Of a stretch of 64,000 bases of DNA, positions 47,244 through 56,183 are shown piece by piece. The position numbers were made by a program, and so were the translations under genes. The stretch comes from Phycisphaerales bacterium. Its GTDB lineage: Bacteria; Planctomycetota; Phycisphaerae; Phycisphaerales; UBA1924. The stretch is from contig JAYVUC010000120.1 in the NCBI GenBank assembly GCA_043788295.1, positions 168 to 64,167 on the forward strand. The letters run 5' to 3'. The notes under the pieces were generated by a model, which saw only the letters and a program-made list of their open reading frames with translations, was not told the origin of the DNA and did no database searches. Within the stretch, counting starts at the first letter, position 1, and every line of letters begins with the position of its first letter.

Positions 47244-48410
47244 ATGGAGCGTCACACACACGCCACACTTGCCCGTCTTGCATTCGCGGCACTCGCGCTC
47301 ACTGCCGCCGTCGGGCTTCTCGTCGCCATGGGGCCGCTGAACCCGCCTGCGGGGCCGGTCACATCAACCTACAAGACACTCACCGAGGTCGAGCCTCGCA
47401 TCGCCATCAACTTGACCAACACGCCCGGCGATGCCGACAGCCTCTTCAAGATCACCCAGCCCGGGTCGTACTACCTCGCGGGCAACATTACGGGCGTAGC
47501 AGGCAAACACGGGATCGAGATCGTCGCCAGCGGCGTGACCCTCGACCTTAAGGGCTTTGACTTGTCGGGCGTGCCCGCGATGGGCGCATTTGACGGCGTC
47601 AGTGTCACCGTGACCACGCTTAGAGATATCGCGGTGGCCAACGGCTCGGTCCGCAACTGGGGCGACGAGGGAATCGACCTTGGCACCTCTCTGGCAGCTA
47701 ACTGCCGCGTGGAAGGTGTAAACGCCAGTGGCAACACGGGCAACGGCATAAGCGTCGGGAGCGGCACCACGGTCTCAAACTGCTCAGCATCTTCAAACTC
47801 ATCCAGCGGAATCAGCACCGGCAACGGCTGTTCGATCACGAACTGCGCGATAAACCTCAACACCGTGAACGGCATCAATGCGAGCAGCACCTGCAGCATT
47901 ACCAACTGCTCAGCATTTGATAACACTGGTCACGGCATCGGCATCTCCGACGGCAGCACGGTCTCAAACTGTGCGGCATCCTTCAATACACTCAGCGGCA
48001 TAGGCCCGCGCACTAACGTCCTCCTTACCGGCAGCACGATTGCCGACTGCGCCGTCCGTGGCAACACCGGTGACGGAATTCTGTTTGCTTCGAATTGCAT
48101 CGTACGTGGCAACACCTGCGCTGGGAACGGCAACGGCGGCGACGGCGCGGGAATCCACGCCACCGGCGCCGACAACCGCATCGAGGGCAACAACTGCTCC
48201 GGCGGCGACCGCGGCATCGACGTGGGCGCCGCCGGCAACATCATCATCAAGAACACCTGCTCGGGCGCCACTCTCAACTGGACCATCGCCGCCAACAACG
48301 TCTGCGGCCCCATCCTCGACCGCACCGCCCCCGCCAGCGCGGCCATCAGCGGCAACAGCGCCCCCAGCAGCCTCGCCACCACCGATCCCCATGCCAACTT
48401 CTCTTACTAA
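47244..48410 (+). CDS. Secreted right-handed parallel beta-helix repeat protein (paralog 1)
   Basis: Start ATG 47244 (GGGAG RBS, signal peptide). About 22-aa repeats of type GNGISVGSGTTVSNCSASSNSSSGI. Ends TTDPHANFSY. Confidence 0.75.
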   Translation: MERHTHATLARLAFAALALTAAVGLLVAMGPLNPPAGPVTSTYKTLTEVEPRIAINLTNTPGDADSLFKITQPGSYYLAGNITGVAGKHGIEIVASGVTLDLKGFDLSGVPAMGAFDGVSVTVTTLRDIAVANGSVRNWGDEGIDLGTSLAANCRVEGVNASGNTGNGISVGSGTTVSNCSASSNSSSGISTGNGCSITNCAINLNTVNGINASSTCSITNCSAFDNTGHGIGISDGSTVSNCAASFNTLSGIGPRTNVLLTGSTIADCAVRGNTGDGILFASNCIVRGNTCAGNGNGGDGAGIHATGADNRIEGNNCSGGDRGIDVGAAGNIIIKNTCSGATLNWTIAANNVCGPILDRTAPASAAISGNSAPSSLATTDPHANFSY

Positions 48411-48515
48411 ACCTCGCCCATCCGCCGGCCCGACGCGGGGCGCGCTGACGGGGCCTCACGGCCCGGCCGCGCGGCTCCAGGCATCGGCCACGGGCTGGAA
48501 GAGCCGCGTCACACC

Positions 48516-48698
48516 GCGTTCCCGGCGGCCGGGAATGAGTTCCAGAACGCCGGGAACACATCCCAGGCCAACCGGAACGCATTCCCAATCGTTGGGAATG
48601 TGCTCCCAGTCACCGGGAATGTGTTCCAGACCACCGGGAACACGTTCCAGAGGTCCGGGAACACGTTCCCGACGAACCGGAATGCGATCCGGCACGAC
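48516..48698. repeat. About 8.7 contiguous 21-bp imperfect-palindrome repeats (RYRTTCC-N7-CCGGGAAY)
   Basis: Units start at 48516, 48537, 48558, 48579, 48600, 48621, 48642, 48663 and 48684 (partial). There are no spacers. Intergenic, between the two beta-helix paralogs. Confidence 0.9.
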
Positions 48699-48770
48699 TA
48701 AAATCAAGCGAATGGTGCGCCTGTGTCCACGAACACCGTCTCCAAACCCCAGTAGCAGAGAGAATCAACC

Positions 48771-50030
48771 ATGAAGATCAAGAAGACCCCCGCCCGCACC
48801 GTCCTCTCCCTCTCCGCCCTCGCCCTGCTCGTGACCGGCGGCCTGCTCTACGCCGGCCCCCTCGACCCGCCCGCCGGGCCGGTGACGAGTACCTACAAGA
48901 CGCTCGCCGAGGTCGAGCCGCGCACCGCCATCAACTTGACCAACACGCCCGGCGATGCCGACAGCCTCTTCAAGATCACCCAGCCCGGGTCGTACTACCT
49001 CACAGGCAACCTCACAGGCGGATCCAGCAAGAAGGGTGTTGAGGTCGCGAGCGACAACGTGACGCTCGACCTGAACGGCTTCGCGCTCCTGGGTGTCGCC
49101 GGGTCACTCAGCGGCATTGGAACCGACGTTGGGCACAACAACGTCACGGTCCGCAACGGCGCCGTCACCGGGTGGGGCGGTGACGGCGTGGAGCTCGCCA
49201 CCGGCAGCGCCTCGCTCGGGCAAGTCGTCGAGAGCGTGGCAGTCCGATCCTGCGGGGTTGGCATTCGCGTCCGCAACGGCGTGGTGAGGAGCTGCACGGT
49301 GTCGGCATGCCCCGGCGGGGCAATCCTCGGGCTTGACAAGTCCACGGTGGAATCCTGCCACACCATCGGGGGCTCCATCGGGATTTCCACCGGCGACGGC
49401 TCCGTGATCAGGTCATGCATCGTTGAGCAGAGCACCGGAGATGGGATTTCCGCGGGCACGGACGGGGTAATCGCTCACTGCACGGCCCGTGCAAACGCGG
49501 CTTTTGGCCTGGGCGTGAGCCTCGGCGGGCGGGTGGTTGATTGTGTGGCGCGCGACAACACATCCGGCGGCATTTTCGCCGATGCGGGGAGCGTGGTGGA
49601 AGGTTGCAGCGCCACCTCGAACAACACCGAAGGCATCGTCGTCTTCGCCGGATGCCTGGTGGTCGGCTGCGCCGCCGAGAGCAACGGTCTTTCGGGCATT
49701 AAAGTGACCTCCAACTGCGGCGTCCGCGACAATGTCTGCAAGGGCAACGGCACCCTCGGCATCGGCGCGGGCATCTTCGCCACCGGCGCCGACAACCGCA
49801 TCGAGGGCAACAACTGCACCCTCGCCGACCGCGGCATCGACATCAGCGGCGCCGGCAACATCATTATCAAGAACACTTGCTCGGGCAACACCATCGACTG
49901 GGTCATCGTCGCCAACAACGTCGTCGGCCCCATCCTCGATCGCCGCGCACCGGCCAGCGTCGCCATCAGCGGCTTCTCCTTCGTCGGCTCCCTCGCCACC
50001 ACCGATCCCCATGCCAACTTCTCGTACTGA
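48771..50030 (+). CDS. Secreted right-handed parallel beta-helix repeat protein (paralog 2)
   Basis: Signal peptide. Same N-terminal (GPLDPPAGPVTSTYKTLAEVEPRTAINLTNTPGDADSLFKITQPGSYYL) and C-terminal (TTDPHANFSY) ends as paralog 1. Confidence 0.8.
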   Translation: MKIKKTPARTVLSLSALALLVTGGLLYAGPLDPPAGPVTSTYKTLAEVEPRTAINLTNTPGDADSLFKITQPGSYYLTGNLTGGSSKKGVEVASDNVTLDLNGFALLGVAGSLSGIGTDVGHNNVTVRNGAVTGWGGDGVELATGSASLGQVVESVAVRSCGVGIRVRNGVVRSCTVSACPGGAILGLDKSTVESCHTIGGSIGISTGDGSVIRSCIVEQSTGDGISAGTDGVIAHCTARANAAFGLGVSLGGRVVDCVARDNTSGGIFADAGSVVEGCSATSNNTEGIVVFAGCLVVGCAAESNGLSGIKVTSNCGVRDNVCKGNGTLGIGAGIFATGADNRIEGNNCTLADRGIDISGAGNIIIKNTCSGNTIDWVIVANNVVGPILDRRAPASVAISGFSFVGSLATTDPHANFSY

Positions 50031-50052
50031 TGCTGCGAAGGGGGCACGGCTG

Positions 50053-50082
50053 GCGAGGATCATCCGCTTCGGTGATCCTCGC
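50053..50082 (+). terminator. Hairpin GCGAGGATCA-N10-TGATCCTCGC after beta-helix paralog 2
   Basis: 10-bp perfect stem 23 nt after the stop. GGATCA hairpin family. Confidence 0.6.
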
Positions 50083-50191
50083 GCGGCGAACACACCCTCG
50101 GATCCGCCGGCCACGGAGCCCGAAGGGCTCGTTGTCAATAGCCGGGGGCCCCACCCCCGGTCTCGCCGTAGAAGTACCCACGACCCCGTGA

Positions 50192-50383
50192 GGGGTCGGC
50201 CTTCCCACACCATCAGTAACCACTTGCGCAACGGCGGCCGCCGACGGGGCCCAGTACATCATCCAAGGCCAGCGCGGCACGATGGTCGGCACCCCCAGCG
50301 ACGCCGTCACCGTGCAGTTTGGATCGGGCGGGTTGTCGTTCAGCGCGAGCGACAACGTCGCGCCGATCCAGCTCGCGGCGTGA
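50192..50383 (+). pseudogene. Remnant homologous to the C-terminus of the FN3-like protein at 19872..20561
   Basis: Stop-to-stop frame encodes ...AQYIIQGQRGTMVGTPSDAVTVQFGSGGLSFSASDNVAPIQLAA-stop. The intact gene ends ...VSYAIKSKRGSQSSAWSEALTIRFGRVGGGGSIFIASTESAPVKMAA-stop. The frame has no in-frame ATG start, and an upstream in-frame stop at 50189 closes it. Confidence 0.45.
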
Positions 50384-50463
50384 GCCCCTCAACAGCCCTG
50401 ATACGCAGACGCCCGGGCCATGGAGGTCCGGGCTTTTCATTTGGGCGGGGGGAACGACGCGGT

Positions 50464-50489
50464 GAAGATCACCCTTCGGGATGATCCTC
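50464..50489 (-). terminator. Hairpin GAAGATCACCC-TTCG-GGATGATCCTC downstream of the aldehyde dehydrogenase gene
   Basis: Imperfect stem. GGATCA hairpin family. 23 nt beyond the stop at 50512. Confidence 0.45.
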
Positions 50490-50511
50490 GCCACCCGGCG
50501 AAGCCGAAGCT

Positions 50512-52107
50512 TCAGAAATCCACATACGCGCTCAACCCCTGCACACCGCCCTCGCGGCCAAATCCGCTCTCCTTGAAGCCGCCGAAGGGGCTCGCCGGGT
50601 CAAACTTGTTGTATGTGTTGAGCCAGACCACGCCGGCCTTGAGCTGGCGGGCGATCTCGAAGATCTTGCTCCCCTTGTCGGTCCAGACGCCCGCCGCCAG
50701 GCCGTAGGGCGAGTTGTTCGCCCGCGAGATCGCCTCCTCGGGCGTGCGGAAGGAAAGGACGCTGAGCACCGGGCCGAAGATCTCCTCGCGGGCGATCGTC
50801 TGCGAGGGCTGCACGCCGGTGAAGAAGCAGGGGCGACAGTAGAAGCCTTTGGCGAAACCTGCGGTTGGAGAGGTACACGGGTTGGAGCTCGTGGGCTCGG
50901 GGCAGTGCAGCACCGCCCCCTCGTCCGCCCCGACCTTCAGGTAGTGCTCGATGCGGTCAAGCTGCGCCCGCGAGTTCACCGCGCCCACGTCCGTGTTCTT
51001 GTCCATCGGGTCGCCCGTGCGGATCGACCGCAGGCGGTGCGCGAGCTTCTTCGTGACCACGTCCAGGATCGACTCCTGCACAAAGAGCCGCGAACCGGCA
51101 CAGCAGACCTCGCCCTGATTGAAGAAGATGCCGCTGATGATCCCCTCGACCGCCTGATCGATCGACGCGTCCTCGAAGATGATGTTCGCGCTCTTGCCGC
51201 CGAGTTCCAGCGAGAGCTTTTTGGTGGCACGCATCTCTGAGGCGTGCTTCTTCGAGCCTTCGACCGTCACGCCCGCCCCGGAGGTTCGGGCCACCATGAG
51301 CGCAATCCTCTTCCCCACCTCCGTCGAGCCCGTGAACGCGATCTTGTCGATCCCGGGGTGCTCCACGATCGCCGCACCCGTGCTGCCGTCGCCCGTCACG
51401 ATGTTCACCACGCCCGGCGGCAGGTCGATCTCGCGCATGATCTCCGCGAGCACCAGCGCCGTCAGCGGCGTCGTCTCCGCCGGTTTCAGCACCACCGTGT
51501 TCCCGCACGCCAAGGCCGGTGCGATCTTCCACGCCGCCATCAACAGCGGAAAGTTCCACGGGATGATCTGCCCGCACACACCCACAGGCCGCGGCGTGCG
51601 CCCCGGAAACGCGTACTCCAGTTTGTCGGCCCATCCGGCGTGATAGAAGAAGTGGGCCGCCGCCAAGGGCACATCCACATCGCGGCTCTCCTTGATCGGC
51701 TTGCCGCTGTCGAGGGTCTCGATGATCGCCAGCTCCCGCGCCCGCTCCTGCATCCGCCGCGCGATGCGAAAGATGTACTTCGCCCGCTCGGCCGCCGGAA
51801 GCCCCGCCCACAGCGGCAGGGCTTTGCGGGCCGCCTTCACCGCCGCGTCAACATCCGCCGCCGACCCCTGAGCGACTTCCGCAAGCTGCTCTTCGGTCGC
51901 GGGGTTGATCGTGGCAAAGTGGCCGGATGATTTGGTGGTGAACGTGCCGTTGATGAAATGGCCATACCGCTTGGCGATGCTGACCTTCACCGTCTCGGGC
52001 GCGGGGGCGTAGTCCCATCCGGGCTGCGCTGCTGACACCTGCACGCGTGGCGACTTCGTCGTGATCGCCGCTGCGCCGTTGTTGATGCTTTTGCTCATGG
52101 TGGTCAT
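50512..52107 (-). CDS. NAD(P)-dependent aldehyde dehydrogenase
   Basis: 531 aa. FTGSTEVGK, LELGGKSANIIF, catalytic FFNQGEVCCAGSR. Confidence 0.9.
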   Translation of the reverse strand: MTTMSKSINNGAAAITTKSPRVQVSAAQPGWDYAPAPETVKVSIAKRYGHFINGTFTTKSSGHFATINPATEEQLAEVAQGSAADVDAAVKAARKALPLWAGLPAAERAKYIFRIARRMQERARELAIIETLDSGKPIKESRDVDVPLAAAHFFYHAGWADKLEYAFPGRTPRPVGVCGQIIPWNFPLLMAAWKIAPALACGNTVVLKPAETTPLTALVLAEIMREIDLPPGVVNIVTGDGSTGAAIVEHPGIDKIAFTGSTEVGKRIALMVARTSGAGVTVEGSKKHASEMRATKKLSLELGGKSANIIFEDASIDQAVEGIISGIFFNQGEVCCAGSRLFVQESILDVVTKKLAHRLRSIRTGDPMDKNTDVGAVNSRAQLDRIEHYLKVGADEGAVLHCPEPTSSNPCTSPTAGFAKGFYCRPCFFTGVQPSQTIAREEIFGPVLSVLSFRTPEEAISRANNSPYGLAAGVWTDKGSKIFEIARQLKAGVVWLNTYNKFDPASPFGGFKESGFGREGGVQGLSAYVDF

Positions 52108-52108
52108 C

Positions 52109-53041
52109 TCACGCCTCGCTCACGTCGTACCCCGCCGCGTACTTGCCCGTCGCCAGCCACCGAAGCTGCCGCACGATGTCGTTGCAGAGTGTGCTGGCCC
52201 CGAAGCGGAACAGCTCGGGCGTGAGCCACTCGTCGCCCAGCGTTTCCTTCACCATCACGAGATAGTGCAGCGACTGCTTGGCCGTGCGAATGCCCCCCGC
52301 GGGCTTCATGCCGACCTTTCGTCCCGTCTCCATGTGCCAGTCGCGGATCGCCTCGAGCATCACGAGCGTCACCGGCATCGTGGCGGCGGGCTGCACCTTG
52401 CCCGTCGAGGTCTTGATGAAGTCCGCCCCGTGCTCGTGTACATGTCCCACGTCCGCCATCGCCCGGATCGCAAGCTCGCTCGCCCGCCTCACGTTGTCGA
52501 GCGTCTCAAGCTCGCCCGTCTCCAGAATCACCTTCAGGTGGGCCGTGCCGCACGCGACCTTCACCTGGCGAATCTCGTCGGCCACCTCGTCGTACCGACC
52601 CGCGAGAAACGCGCCGCGGTTGATGACCATGTCGATCTCATGGGCCCCCGCCGCCACCGCCTGCCGCACATCCTCAAGCCGAATCTCCAGCGGAAACTGC
52701 CCGCTGGGAAACCCAGTCGCGACGCTGGCGATCTTCACCACCCCGCTCGCACCCCCACCACCCAACCGCGTCAGTTCGTCGCGCACCGGCTTCACCATGC
52801 TGGGATAGACGCAAATCGCCGCGACGCTGGGCACCGTCGGATCGCCAGAATCGGGGCGAACAGCCTTCTGGCAAAGCCCCCGCACCTTCTCGGGCGAGTC
52901 CTTGCCTTCGAGCGTGGTCAGATCGAGCATCGACATCGCCAAGCGCAGGCCACTGAACTTCGCCGAGGTCTTGATCGACCGCTTGGTAAAGCTCGCCGCC
53001 CGTTCGGCGGCCATGACGGCATTGACGGTTGCAGAAGCCAT
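52109..53041 (-). CDS. deoC: Deoxyribose-phosphate aldolase (long form)
   Basis: Start ATG 53041. LDLTTLEG, Schiff-base lysine context FIKTSTGK. Sits 1 nt upstream of the aldehyde dehydrogenase gene. Confidence 0.85.
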   Translation of the reverse strand: MASATVNAVMAAERAASFTKRSIKTSAKFSGLRLAMSMLDLTTLEGKDSPEKVRGLCQKAVRPDSGDPTVPSVAAICVYPSMVKPVRDELTRLGGGGASGVVKIASVATGFPSGQFPLEIRLEDVRQAVAAGAHEIDMVINRGAFLAGRYDEVADEIRQVKVACGTAHLKVILETGELETLDNVRRASELAIRAMADVGHVHEHGADFIKTSTGKVQPAATMPVTLVMLEAIRDWHMETGRKVGMKPAGGIRTAKQSLHYLVMVKETLGDEWLTPELFRFGASTLCNDIVRQLRWLATGKYAAGYDVSEA

Positions 53042-53063
53042 GCACCATGATAGTTCGGCTGGT

Positions 53064-53101
53064 GGCACGCCTCCTGGGTGGCACGCCTCTCCGAGGTGTG
53101 C
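53064..53101. repeat. Two degenerate copies of the CACGCCTC..GG.GTG hairpin family
   Basis: GGCACGCCTCCTGGGTG followed by GCACGCCTCTCCGAGGTGTGC. Compare 39577..39627. Confidence 0.6.
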
Positions 53102-53123
53102 TTCTGTAACGCTTGCTTTCGCT

Positions 53124-54026
53124 TCACGCCGTCGGCAGCAGCCACCGCGCGATCGCCTTCGCCGGCCGCTCGTCATTCCACAGATCGAGGTGCCCGCCGC
53201 CTTCAATCGCGACCAAAGTGCCCCCCGCCGCCCGCGCGATCTCCTCGCCATCGGTACTCGGGCAAATCGCGTCGAGCGTGCCGTGGATCACAAGCAGCGG
53301 CACCTTCAGCCGCGCCGCGTGGGCCGCACGATCGAAACGGTGCCACGCGAGCCCCGAGCCGGCGTCGACGCTGACGCACACCATCGCGATGGGCAGGTTC
53401 CACCGAAACGGCATCCCGATCTGCCGCAGCACGCTGTGGGCGGGCGTTGCCGGCACGCGATACGGCGCCTCGGCGATGACGCCCGCGATGCACGCCGGGC
53501 AGGCTGCGTCCGCCGCTGCGACGATCGACACTCCCGCCCCCAGCGAGAATCCGTACAACACAATTCGCGGCGGCAAGGTCGATCCCTCTCCCGCGATCGC
53601 GCTCACGAGTGCGAGCAAATCTATATGCTCTCGCGCCCCAAGTGTGAATCGAGCGTTCGGCGGCGAGTCGCCATGCCCAGGCAAGTCCCACAGGATCACC
53701 CTTGACGCGATTTGCGTCAGGCCCTTCACGCGCGAAAGCATCGTCACCCTCGAATCACCCCAGCCGGGTGTCACGATCACGATCGGCCCGCCCGCCGCAT
53801 CTCCCCCCACGTCCCACACGGGCAGCTCGACGCCCCGCGATGTAAATGTCCACGACCGGTACGCCCGCGAGGGTGTCAGCTCGCTCGGATCACCCGGCCT
53901 GTTCCGCGCCACGGCCCACGAATATGTGCGGCGCGGTGGGCGCGTCAGCGTCCGGATCGTCGCGTGCACGCCGATCGCCATCGCCACGATCAAGCCCGCA
54001 GCCAGGAGTTCGATCAGCCCGATCAA
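53124..54026 (-). CDS. Alpha/beta-fold hydrolase
   Basis: N-terminal TM helix. Nucleophile elbow LYGFSLGAG. HG oxyanion context VTPGWGDS. Confidence 0.7.
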   Translation of the reverse strand: MIGLIELLAAGLIVAMAIGVHATIRTLTRPPRRTYSWAVARNRPGDPSELTPSRAYRSWTFTSRGVELPVWDVGGDAAGGPIVIVTPGWGDSRVTMLSRVKGLTQIASRVILWDLPGHGDSPPNARFTLGAREHIDLLALVSAIAGEGSTLPPRIVLYGFSLGAGVSIVAAADAACPACIAGVIAEAPYRVPATPAHSVLRQIGMPFRWNLPIAMVCVSVDAGSGLAWHRFDRAAHAARLKVPLLVIHGTLDAICPSTDGEEIARAAGGTLVAIEGGGHLDLWNDERPAKAIARWLLPTA

Positions 54027-54027
54027 C

Positions 54028-56151
54028 CTACAGCCCCAGCACGTTCTTGATGTCGTTGAACGTGACGATCAGGAACATCGCCCCGATCATCACGAGTCCG
54101 ACGATGCCCGTCGCGTTCTGCACCCCCACCGGTACGGGCCGCCCGCTGAACTGCTCGTACACGATGAACAGGAACTGCCCTCCATCGACGATCGGCAGCG
54201 GGAGGAAGTTCACAACCGCAAGATTCACGCTGATGAGCGCGAGGAAGAAGAGCGTCCACGCGAAACCCTTGGACGCGACAGCCGTCCCGAGTGCCGCAAT
54301 CCCGACAGGCCCTTTGAGATGCTCGACCTTCACGGTGCCCTGGAAGAGCCGCGCGAATGTGAGATACGTGTTGAGCATCACCTGCCGCGTCTCGTGAAGT
54401 CCGCGACTCACCGCACCGGCCGGCGATTTCTCCCGCAGAATGAACTCTTCCATGTCGAAGATCGACGCGGAAACGGGCGGCTGCCACGAGAGCTTGTGCA
54501 GCTCCGCGATCTCCGACTTGGTGAGCAGCCATTCCACCGCCTTGCGTGCCGCGCCGGGCCCGGGCAATTCAAGCTCCATCGCGACGCGCGACCCGGTGTC
54601 CGAGTCCATGTCGGCCCGCGTGGCGTCGAGAAGTGCCGCACGAATATCGCCGAAGCTCGCCACGGTCCGCCCCGCGACAGCAATCACACGCGTGCCGGGC
54701 TGCGTGATGATCCGCGACGCGGGTGTTGGCGTCGTCTCCTCGGGCTTCTTGGGGTCAATGACCTTGGCAAACGGCATCGCCAGCAGCGTCGAGTCCTTCG
54801 CCGTCGTGCCGGGAAAGAAACCCACCACTCCCTTGCGGCTCACATCCGCGACGATCTTCACGGGCTCGCGATCCTTGCCCCGCAGCACCACGATGTCGAT
54901 CGTCTTACCCGATGCCGCCCGAATCTCCGCGATCCCCGACGAAAGACCGGGAAACTCAACCGCTCCAACACGCGCAAACGTGTCCCCACTTTGAAGCCCT
55001 GTCTTGGGCGCATCCTCAGCATCTGTCGCAACAGTCATCACCGGGGTCAGCCCGAGCAAATGCTCCACCGGCACAACCCGTCCCTTGGTGCCCGGCACGA
55101 GATCCAATTGCATCTCTGGCCTGGGAACCAAGGTCGCAACAAGCGACTTGCCCGCGTCATCGGCAAACTCAAGCGCAACAGGTTGCCCGCCGCTGGCGCG
55201 GAAGGCCTGCACAAAGCCGTTGGCCGAGGTCACGAGTCTGCCGCCCGCACGCCTGAGCATCATGCCGCTCTTGACGCCCGCGAGGCCCGCCTGGGCGAGG
55301 CTCTTCTCGAACTTCTCCGCGTCGGTGCCCTTGAGCACCGCAAGCCTTGCCGACCTCGGCGGCTCCACGCCGATCTCCAGCAGCCCCGAAAGCCGCCCTT
55401 CACGCGGCATCACGTTGAACTGCAACGGCACTGATACGCCGGGGCGTTCCACCACCAGCTCGACGGCTTCCCCCGCCCGCGACATAGATGTTGCGAGCAT
55501 GAGGTCGTTGAACGACGAGGGTCGGTCGCCGTTGATCGAGATGATGGCGTCGCCGGGCCGAAGCCCCGGCTCGGTGATTCCCGCCGCGTTCGCGTTCGCC
55601 GCGATTGTGGTCGCTGCCGGGCCGTCGATCTCAAGGGTACCGATCTTCGCAGGCATCATCGCCAGCCCCATGTTGAATACGATGATAAAGAGTCCTGCCG
55701 CCGTGATCAGATTCATCATCACGCCCGCCGAGATCACCACCATCCGCTTCCAGGGCACGCACCGCTGATAGCTGTCGGGTTCGGTGCTCACCGCCCCGGG
55801 ATTCGCGTCGTCCTGCCCCAGCATCTTCACGTATCCGCCAAAGGGCAGCCAGTTGAGGCGGTATTCCGTCGGGCTGATGTCGGCGAGCTCGCGTGCCCCC
55901 TCAGCTTTTTTCAGAGCCCAGAGCCTCAGATACTCGGGCTCGCTCGATCCGCGACGCAAGCCCAACCCCTTGCGAAACGAGACGATCGCGCCGCCGAAGC
56001 CGATGGCAAACGCGAGCACGCGAATCCCCGCCCAGCGGGCCGCCATGAAGTGCCCGAGCTCGTGGACGAAGATGATCGCGCTGAACCCCAGCACGATGAG
56101 CAGAAAATCAAGGACGGTACCGAGTGAGGAGAGCAGCGAAGTCATGCACAA
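54028..56151 (-). CDS. rseP: Site-2 protease RseP (M50 zinc metalloprotease with PDZ domains)
   Basis: FVHELGHFMAAR (HExxH) and NLAVVNFLPLPIVDGG. Long PDZ-containing central region. Confidence 0.85.
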   Translation of the reverse strand: MCMTSLLSSLGTVLDFLLIVLGFSAIIFVHELGHFMAARWAGIRVLAFAIGFGGAIVSFRKGLGLRRGSSEPEYLRLWALKKAEGARELADISPTEYRLNWLPFGGYVKMLGQDDANPGAVSTEPDSYQRCVPWKRMVVISAGVMMNLITAAGLFIIVFNMGLAMMPAKIGTLEIDGPAATTIAANANAAGITEPGLRPGDAIISINGDRPSSFNDLMLATSMSRAGEAVELVVERPGVSVPLQFNVMPREGRLSGLLEIGVEPPRSARLAVLKGTDAEKFEKSLAQAGLAGVKSGMMLRRAGGRLVTSANGFVQAFRASGGQPVALEFADDAGKSLVATLVPRPEMQLDLVPGTKGRVVPVEHLLGLTPVMTVATDAEDAPKTGLQSGDTFARVGAVEFPGLSSGIAEIRAASGKTIDIVVLRGKDREPVKIVADVSRKGVVGFFPGTTAKDSTLLAMPFAKVIDPKKPEETTPTPASRIITQPGTRVIAVAGRTVASFGDIRAALLDATRADMDSDTGSRVAMELELPGPGAARKAVEWLLTKSEIAELHKLSWQPPVSASIFDMEEFILREKSPAGAVSRGLHETRQVMLNTYLTFARLFQGTVKVEHLKGPVGIAALGTAVASKGFAWTLFFLALISVNLAVVNFLPLPIVDGGQFLFIVYEQFSGRPVPVGVQNATGIVGLVMIGAMFLIVTFNDIKNVLGL

Positions 56152-56183
56152 TGATATCGGCCCGCGGGCCTCGAAAAATGAAA

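Noticed and set aside
48516-48698. Possible CRISPR array.
   Set aside because: The units are contiguous with no spacers and are only 21 bp long. No cas genes or leader are present in the window.
48658-48704. A specific promoter call for paralog 2, either ECF-type GGAAC -35 or sigma-70 with the TAAAAT -10 at 48699.
   Set aside because: No matching partner element lies at the correct spacing: ACCGGA sits at -35 for TAAAAT, and there is no CGTC-like -10 after GGAAC. It is kept only as a hypothesis inside the array finding.
48040-48774. ORFs crossing the 21-bp array give heptad-repeat peptides. The + frame gives SRTPGTH/SQSPGMC... and the minus ORF 48456..48707 gives ERVPGPL/EHIPGDW...
   Set aside because: A palindromic 21-bp DNA repeat necessarily produces 7-aa repeats in every frame on both strands. 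The + ORF is merely an out-of-frame read-through of paralog 1, and neither ORF has a convincing RBS. They are treated as non-coding, although translation cannot be excluded without data.
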